Below are positions 63,287 to 64,000 of a stretch of 64,000 nt of DNA, in pieces. A program made the position numbers and the translations under genes. Each line of letters begins with the position of its first letter. Positions within the stretch are counted from its first letter, which is position 1. The DNA lies in contig CM060734.1 in assembly GCA_030704615.1 (NCBI GenBank), forward strand, positions 12,400,001 through 12,464,000. Reading direction: 5' to 3'. This DNA comes from Takakia lepidozioides (taxonomy: Eukaryota; Plantae; Bryophyta). A model generated the notes under the pieces. It was given only the letters and a program-made list of their open reading frames with translations. It had not been told where the DNA came from and made no database searches.

Positions 63287-64000
63287 ACCATGTTATTGGT
63301 GTTGATTAGAAGGTTTTTGAGACGGGTAGGGAAGTCTGGGGGTATGGAAGTGTAGGGGTTGTTTTGGACCAGCAAAAGTAAGGTTAGGGTGGGTTCTTTG
63401 TGACGAAGGTGTTTAGGGAAGGGCAAGTTACGATTGTAACGAAGTTGGTTGGGTTCAATGGCGGCTAATGGTGTTACCCCTAGAGGAAGTTGTAGAAGGG
63501 GGTGTAGCTGGTCGGGTGACCTTTGCTGTGTGAGAATAAGGATAGTGGTGGCGGAGGGGAGGCATGTGCGGCAAGACGTGCCCATTGGAGAGCTACGTGT
63601 GTGAGGGGCCTAGGTGGTGGGTGGGCAAGGCCACCTCCCGACCAGGTATGATGTGTTGCCGAGCCTAGGGCTCCGAAAACACAGTCTCGAGGGTGCGGGC
63701 TGCCATAGGAGGAGAGCTCAAGGGGGCATGTGAGTGGGCTTGAGTAGTAGGAATGGGTAATCTGGAATGAGGTGATAAGAAACTTGAGGATGTCTGGAGG
63801 GATGGAGCAGTGGGTATGGGCTTGGGCTAGTTTGTCGAGGGCACAAGGTTTTTTTGTGGGTGTATCATTTAGATGTCTGACAACAAGCCAGCCGACTTCA
63901 GTGGCGAAATCCTGCCTTGGGGGTTGCAGCTGTGTAGTGCGGGAGATGGAGGCGGTAGATCTGTCCCAGAGCCAGGCGAGTCTGATATGGGAGAGAGACC
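63287..64000 (-). mobile_element. Continuation of the LINE upstream of its RNase H
   Basis: Joins 51275 across the TSD and has the same compositional bias. Confidence 0.7.

Overview
Eukaryotic land-plant genomic DNA, probably a non-seed plant; the exact taxon cannot be determined from the window. Two intact spliced housekeeping genes lie on the + strand: clathrin heavy chain (4980-18356) and a DRG2-type GTPase (43286-48135). The clathrin gene has a tandem pair of 109-nt homologous exons that look mutually exclusive. The rest is mostly nested transposons plus two intron-containing kinase gene fragments (Aurora; MAP3K-epsilon). The most striking element is a ~12-kb Ty3/Gypsy retrotransposon (51276-63286) with four unusual properties: a DNMT3-like cytosine methyltransferase between protease and RT; a PHD finger after the integrase; a 17-nt self-priming PBS instead of a tRNA PBS; and circularly permuted/split LTRs (B-internal-A-B-A) bounded by TGTC...GACA and a 4-bp TSD. 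Also present are fragments of a LINE family with APE, RT, RNase H and restriction-like endonuclease domains (Dualen/RandI-like) and a 2A-like motif, and three copies of a tRNA-derived SINE that shares a structured CAGUA/GAA RNA module with that LINE's 3' end. All calls were made by eye from motifs; no database searches were run.
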